DNA from: an uncultured virus (IMG/VR IMGVR_UViG_3300030330_005280)
Taxonomy: Duplodnaviria > Heunggongvirae > Uroviricota > Caudoviricetes
DNA: 64,000 nucleotides
Virus record (IMG/VR): IMGVR_UViG_3300030330_005280
Span: 1 to 64,000 of that record
Strand: one strand, 5' to 3'
Shown here: positions 59,404 through 64,000 of the stretch, piece after piece
How the letters are laid out: each line of letters opens with the position of its first letter
How positions within the stretch are numbered: the stretch's first letter is position 1
Translations under genes and position numbers: made by a program
The notes under the pieces: generated by a model
Database searches by the model: none
What the model was told of the DNA's origin: nothing
The model's input: the letters and a program-made list of their open reading frames with translations, nothing else

Positions 59404-61018
59404 AATAATGCAAAATTGGAAAAGTTTTTTATTCTTAGAATCCAAAAAAGATCAAATTGATATTGAAAATATTAGAATTCACATAGCAAATGAAATTGAT
59501 ATGACATTGATGAGACCTACGGTAAACATTGGTGATCCTAATGACATGATGATTGATTATGATGAAGAAGGAAATAGATTTGAAAGACCATTCGGTAAAG
59601 AAGATTCTACTTTTTTATTGTATTTGTACAGAGGTTTTGATGAAGAAGGTAATTTATCTAATGAAGAAAACATTCAAGATGTAAATTCTGAACTAAACAA
59701 TAGAGCTGATAACTTTATCTACCAACTTGATAAAGAAGACATGGCTGTTTTTATTGCAGACTTTGATAAGATTTTAGATTTTGTTTCTGGTAACAAAAAA
59801 GACATAGAAGAAGAGTCTTATCAAACTATGTATATGGCAAAAAAAGCACCTGGAAAATTCACAACTGATTCTTTTGCTAGAAGAAACAGAGCAATATATA
59901 AAGACACTTATACTTACGGTGGTGGTGTTGACTTTATGTTTAAAAAAACAAAAGAATTAAAAAACATTAATCCACAACACTTGTTTCTGTTTAAACTAGA
60001 GAACTTGCTAGGAAGGGTCAAAAATAAAATATTAAATGGTGAAACTGAAATAACAAAAAACGATAGAGATGTCCAAGATATTGTGGAATTATCAAAAACT
60101 GTACCAACTTTGTCTTTTAAAGATTGGCATGCCAATTATAGAGAGGGTGTAGACACCAAACAAATTCAAACTGAGATAGATCAGATAAAACCAGTTTATC
60201 AACAAAACTCTGTTATTAATTACTTTACCTTCAAGGAGAATGAACTATTAAGACTTTTGTATAACACACACAAGCAAGGAAAAAACTCTCCTATATATAA
60301 TGATCAAAAATTAATGAATCAGTTTTTTGATACTGTCCAGATTCACATGTCTAGTTTGTTAAACGATCAAGAGAAACAACTAGAAAATAAAAATTACCCG
60401 ACTTTGTTAATGAGAATGTCTATGATGTTTAACAAAGGTATGATTCCAAGAAACTTCTTTGATGATGATAACTACAATCTTTTTATGAAACTAAAAGATT
60501 ATATATCAGATTATAATGAATTAGATGAATATAGTTTTATATTTCCCTTAGACCCAGAAAAAGTACCAAAAGAAATAAGAAATCAAACCACTGAAAAAGA
60601 TGTAAAAGACAAAAATGCCATCAAAAAAATGAAAAAAGCTGCAACCGATATAGTAGAGAAAATAAAAGACAATGAAAAAGTAAGTGCTGATGAAATAAAT
60701 AAATTGTTTGATATGTTAGAAGAATTGTTACCAAGATTAAAAGACAAGGTTAGTGCTGTTTTTAAAGAATTAGAAACTTCTCCTCAAAAAATAGCTGAAT
60801 ATTTTGCAGCGTCTACAAGCAAGGAAGGACAATCAACTGGAGAAAAGATAGAGAAAAGTTTATTAGAATTAGAAGAATTGGTTTATAATAATAAAGATGT
60901 ACCTAAAGATAAGTTTGCAAATTTTATAAAATTAATAAGTGATGCTCCTAGTGATAAAGAAGTCAAGCCATTTGAAATTAGAATAAACAAATTATTTGAT
61001 CACTTGGAGGGCAAATGA
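59396..61018 (+). CDS. Hypothetical protein with MNRIMQNWKSFLFLE N-terminus
   Basis: 540-aa helical ORF, GAGG RBS. Confidence 0.7.
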   Translation: MNRIMQNWKSFLFLESKKDQIDIENIRIHIANEIDMTLMRPTVNIGDPNDMMIDYDEEGNRFERPFGKEDSTFLLYLYRGFDEEGNLSNEENIQDVNSELNNRADNFIYQLDKEDMAVFIADFDKILDFVSGNKKDIEEESYQTMYMAKKAPGKFTTDSFARRNRAIYKDTYTYGGGVDFMFKKTKELKNINPQHLFLFKLENLLGRVKNKILNGETEITKNDRDVQDIVELSKTVPTLSFKDWHANYREGVDTKQIQTEIDQIKPVYQQNSVINYFTFKENELLRLLYNTHKQGKNSPIYNDQKLMNQFFDTVQIHMSSLLNDQEKQLENKNYPTLLMRMSMMFNKGMIPRNFFDDDNYNLFMKLKDYISDYNELDEYSFIFPLDPEKVPKEIRNQTTEKDVKDKNAIKKMKKAATDIVEKIKDNEKVSADEINKLFDMLEELLPRLKDKVSAVFKELETSPQKIAEYFAASTSKEGQSTGEKIEKSLLELEELVYNNKDVPKDKFANFIKLISDAPSDKEVKPFEIRINKLFDHLEGK

Positions 61019-61830
61019 GTGATTTTCATTTTGATGAATTAGTTCTTGGCGGTTCACTAACAGCCCTTTTGTATGCTTACAAAAAAAATCTTCCAATTTT
61101 AATTGATGTAGCTCATGTTCCTTTTGTTTTGGAAGAAGTACCACAGCATTGGGATTTATCTTTTATAGGTTTTAACAAATCTGGTCAACACAAGAAATCA
61201 CAAGTGTGGGACAGACTTTCTTTTCTTTTAGCCATGTCAGGTCTGGTTCTTTTTCCAAACAATATACAATCATTTCGTCTAGAGGAAGATCACATTAATA
61301 TAATTGGCTTAGACAACAAAAAAATGATTGTAAAGTATAACAAATTAGTTGAGTTTGACAGAGACTCAAAAGATTACTTTATGGTTTATGATTGGTTCGC
61401 TGTGCATTCAGGCTCTAGGCACGATTGGGAAGTAATACCCAACCCTGATGATGAATTGTGTCACTTGTTACTGTTTCATAGATCAACAAGACCTAGAACA
61501 CGATCTGATGTGATGGATGTTTGTGCTGTTTCAAAAATTCAAAAAGGCTTTTTAAATAATATAGAATGGTCCCCCACATATACTAGAATCAAAACTCTTC
61601 AAATGATGAAAGAAGTGGGTATAAAAGGACGTGCGAATGGTTATAATAGAAAAGGAAAAACTCTTCACTATGCTATATCAATAGAGCATATGTACAGAGA
61701 AGTCTTTGAGGAACAAAACAACCAACTGACAATCGAAGAAATTTTATCTTGGGAAAATAAGAAAGGAACAAACCTATGGAATTTGACACAAAAAATGTTA
61801 ATGGCTCATCTTACCACCTCGCGGGAATAG
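61015..61830 (+). CDS. Hypothetical protein with degenerate Rossmann-like N-terminus
   Basis: FDELVLGGSLTALLYA. Confidence 0.55.
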   Translation: MSDFHFDELVLGGSLTALLYAYKKNLPILIDVAHVPFVLEEVPQHWDLSFIGFNKSGQHKKSQVWDRLSFLLAMSGLVLFPNNIQSFRLEEDHINIIGLDNKKMIVKYNKLVEFDRDSKDYFMVYDWFAVHSGSRHDWEVIPNPDDELCHLLLFHRSTRPRTRSDVMDVCAVSKIQKGFLNNIEWSPTYTRIKTLQMMKEVGIKGRANGYNRKGKTLHYAISIEHMYREVFEEQNNQLTIEEILSWENKKGTNLWNLTQKMLMAHLTTSRE

Positions 61831-62684
61831 TTCCTTGTGGAGGTCAACCTCTAGACTATGGTATGGAGTGGCCCGACTTTATGATGCCAATAGCTCCTAA
61901 CTATACAATGATTGAAGCTGCTATTATGGAGTGTGCTTGGGCTGGTTGTGAGACTATATGGGTTTGTCTGTATGAAGATACCGCACCATTAGTAAGGCAT
62001 CGCATCGGAGACTTTGTTCAAGACCCCGTGTGGGCTTGGAGAGGAATGGACCCTCAGCCAACCGCAAATCAAAAAAGAATTCCAATATTCTATGTTCCAG
62101 TTCACCCAAAGAATAGATTCAGAAGAGATTGCTTGGCATGGTCGGTTATCGAAGGAGCTCTTTCAGCTTTTAAAACTTCAGCCACAGTTTCAAAGTGGAT
62201 TTATCCAAACAAGTATTGGGTATCTTTTCCATATGGTTATTTTAATCCCGAGTTATTGAGAGAGCACCGCCAAAAAATTTCCTCGCCCAAAAATTTCTAT
62301 ATAACGCACAAAGGACAAACAACAGAACAAGGACTGCATACTAGTTTTTCATTTGGAAAGGATGAATTCATAAAATTTCGTAGACAAATACGAAAGGGAA
62401 CAGGAAAGTTCACAAATGAACTAGATGACGATGGTATACCAAGAACAAAACTACCTATCGAAGAAAGATACTCCGCTCGTTGGTTTGGTTTAGAGGATGT
62501 TTTTAAAGACTTGGATAACAGTAAGGAAAATTCTTTAGAAGTTAGTGAATTTTACGATTTATCATCTTGGGATAAATATAGAAACTATTTATCATCTGAT
62601 TTGGCTGAAAAAATAACCAGACCACCGGAGTGGTTAATGAAATTTTCAGAATTTGGATCAATTTCTCTTGACAGAAAGGATTAA
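61776..62684 (+). CDS. Sugar-phosphate nucleotidyltransferase-like protein
   Basis: GIVPCGG, MMPI, AI.ECA.AGC.TI.V and terminal DLSSW..Y resemble the NTP_transferase fold, with a degenerate signature. Confidence 0.5.
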   Translation: MEFDTKNVNGSSYHLAGIVPCGGQPLDYGMEWPDFMMPIAPNYTMIEAAIMECAWAGCETIWVCLYEDTAPLVRHRIGDFVQDPVWAWRGMDPQPTANQKRIPIFYVPVHPKNRFRRDCLAWSVIEGALSAFKTSATVSKWIYPNKYWVSFPYGYFNPELLREHRQKISSPKNFYITHKGQTTEQGLHTSFSFGKDEFIKFRRQIRKGTGKFTNELDDDGIPRTKLPIEERYSARWFGLEDVFKDLDNSKENSLEVSEFYDLSSWDKYRNYLSSDLAEKITRPPEWLMKFSEFGSISLDRKD

Positions 62685-62694
62685 ATGTGTTACA

Positions 62695-63309
62695 ATGAAT
62701 ACAGAAGTAAAAAGAAAAAGGTATAAAAAACATATTATGGAAATAGAATTTTTAAGAGCTGAGTTATCTTATCAAGAAGAAGTGTTAGTAATTGCACATC
62801 AAAATTTTGAGACTTGGTATAGGCAGTATTGTGTGGACAATAATATTAATTTAGATGAATTGAATGAAAAGCACAAAAGTAGGATTTCAAAAATATTACC
62901 GCAGCCAATTTTTTCAGATTTGAAACATGATGAGAAAGGTGTTTTAGTTTTAAACGAAAAAGCTAATAAAGAAGAAAAATTAAAGTTTACCAAAATTTAT
63001 AAACAAATAGCTAGAGCTACACACCCAGATAAGCACGAAAACACTACTTTAGATTTTAAAGCAGCTTCCGCTGCTTACGAGATGGGTGATTGGTCTATGT
63101 TAATTCAAATAGCAGAAAAATACAATATTTTTCCTGATGATTTAGATGAAATAATACCTACAATGCTTCAAGAGGCAGAAAAAATAAACAATATTATTGC
63201 AAAAAACAAAACTATGTACTCTTGGAAATTTCATGAATGTGAAACAGATCAATGCAAGGAAGAACTTGTAAAACAATTTTTAAAACAATTATTTAATTTG
63301 GAGTTATAA
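62695..63309 (+). CDS. J-domain (DnaJ-like) protein
   Basis: IYKQIARATHPDK...F..A..AYE; start uncertain. Confidence 0.75.
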   Translation: MNTEVKRKRYKKHIMEIEFLRAELSYQEEVLVIAHQNFETWYRQYCVDNNINLDELNEKHKSRISKILPQPIFSDLKHDEKGVLVLNEKANKEEKLKFTKIYKQIARATHPDKHENTTLDFKAASAAYEMGDWSMLIQIAEKYNIFPDDLDEIIPTMLQEAEKINNIIAKNKTMYSWKFHECETDQCKEELVKQFLKQLFNLEL

Positions 63310-64000
63310 TGTTATTATCATTACTATTATGGGCATGCGATTCGGACGTGTCAATTATAAAAAGAATAGAAGAAGAAGAAACAGGACAAGTCCTTGGTGT
63401 AGGTGAGCCTGCCGAACCGGCTGCCATTGTTGGACAACCTTCTTCTGAAGTTGGGTCACAACCCTCAAGCGAGGTTGGTTCTGAACCAGCATATGAGCAA
63501 CAAAGATCTGGTGTTACTGGATTATCTACGATGTATCTTAGACAGATTGCGTGTCCTGCTTGTATGGGAGAGACACAAGAACTGACTGTAGAATATGAGT
63601 TACAAGTACACCAACCTGTATCTGATTCATGGAACTCTTGGATGCTGCCTGATGGAGCATGTACAGAGTATCTATATCAGACATCACTATCAACCATCCC
63701 TATACAAGTTGGACAAAGTGTTCAAGTCACAAACCAAAATCATCAGTTTGATGCTTATCAAAGCGGAGCTGGTATTTATACATCACAAAATATATGGGAA
63801 TCACATTTACAGAGAAATGCAGTATATAATGTGCAAACATCTCAGGGTTCGTTCAGTTTTACAACCGTGGAAGGGTTTGATTATATTGAACCATACACTA
63901 TGTTGTGGGTTGATCCATCATATGCTTTTGAAGCTGCTGTTCGCAGATCAGGTTTTACAATTACTTGGGCACCTGTTCGACAAACAAGTCGAATGATGGT
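63309..64000 (+). CDS. Lipoprotein, 3'-truncated by the window edge (not in ORF track)
   Basis: GGAG RBS; MLLSLLLWA-C lipobox, QPSSE repeats, CPAC; frame open to the end. Confidence 0.8.
   Translation, partial: MLLSLLLWACDSDVSIIKRIEEEETGQVLGVGEPAEPAAIVGQPSSEVGSQPSSEVGSEPAYEQQRSGVTGLSTMYLRQIACPACMGETQELTVEYELQVHQPVSDSWNSWMLPDGACTEYLYQTSLSTIPIQVGQSVQVTNQNHQFDAYQSGAGIYTSQNIWESHLQRNAVYNVQTSQGSFSFTTVEGFDYIEPYTMLWVDPSYAFEAAVRRSGFTITWAPVRQTSRMM

Noticed and set aside
293..63996. Many minus-strand and nested alternative-frame ORFs in the track (e.g. 9296-9547, 29969-30415, 63595-63996)
   Set aside because: They shadow well-supported + strand genes and lack RBS or motifs; the Pro/His-rich ones mirror the portal Gly repeat.
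1..64000. Stop-codon reassignment, seen in some large phages
   Set aside because: Core genes are full length in the standard code, and TAA, TAG and TGA all end genes at sensible junctions.
1..64000. tRNA genes, CRISPR arrays, introns or inteins
   Set aside because: No cloverleaf or repeat-spacer pattern seen by eye; TerL, helicase, RNR and UvsX are uninterrupted and of ordinary length. A tRNAscan/Infernal run would confirm.

Overview
64 kb of an AT-rich, large T4-like myovirus (jumbo-type) genome. Essentially all credible genes are on the + strand and read in the standard code. Gene order: end of a gp46/Rad50 nuclease; a putative holin/spanin trio; a head module (TerL, portal, gp21 protease, ribosomal protein bS21, large Ser/Gly/Thr-rich virion proteins, scaffold, gp23 capsid, neck); a contractile tail module (sheath, two tube-like genes, chaperone pair, tape measure, baseplate); then a replication/metabolism block (short PolA, GIY-YIG, divergent tubulin-fold protein, DUF262, WYL-like, gp32 SSB, UvsX, 5'-3' exonuclease, DnaB, class II RNR, Hc1-like, GroES-like, ThyX, NTP-transferase-like, J-domain protein, lipoprotein). 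Two promoter classes are visible: consensus sigma70 promoters, mostly in the replication block, and a recurrent CTA(T/A/G)TTA motif before virion genes. The most notable unexplained signals are: (1) a portable N-terminal MKLTxKQLxQIIKEEL..VLxE leader on unrelated cargo proteins, plausibly a capsid-loading tag; (2) a ~90-nt three-way-junction RNA with complementary loops right after the capsid gene; (3) a series of sequence-unrelated pseudoknots around the WYL/SSB/UvsX genes; (4) a dense [ST]-[GA]-S motif in virion proteins; (5) a probable +1 frameshift in the tail chaperone. All calls come from reading motifs by eye; no database searches were run.
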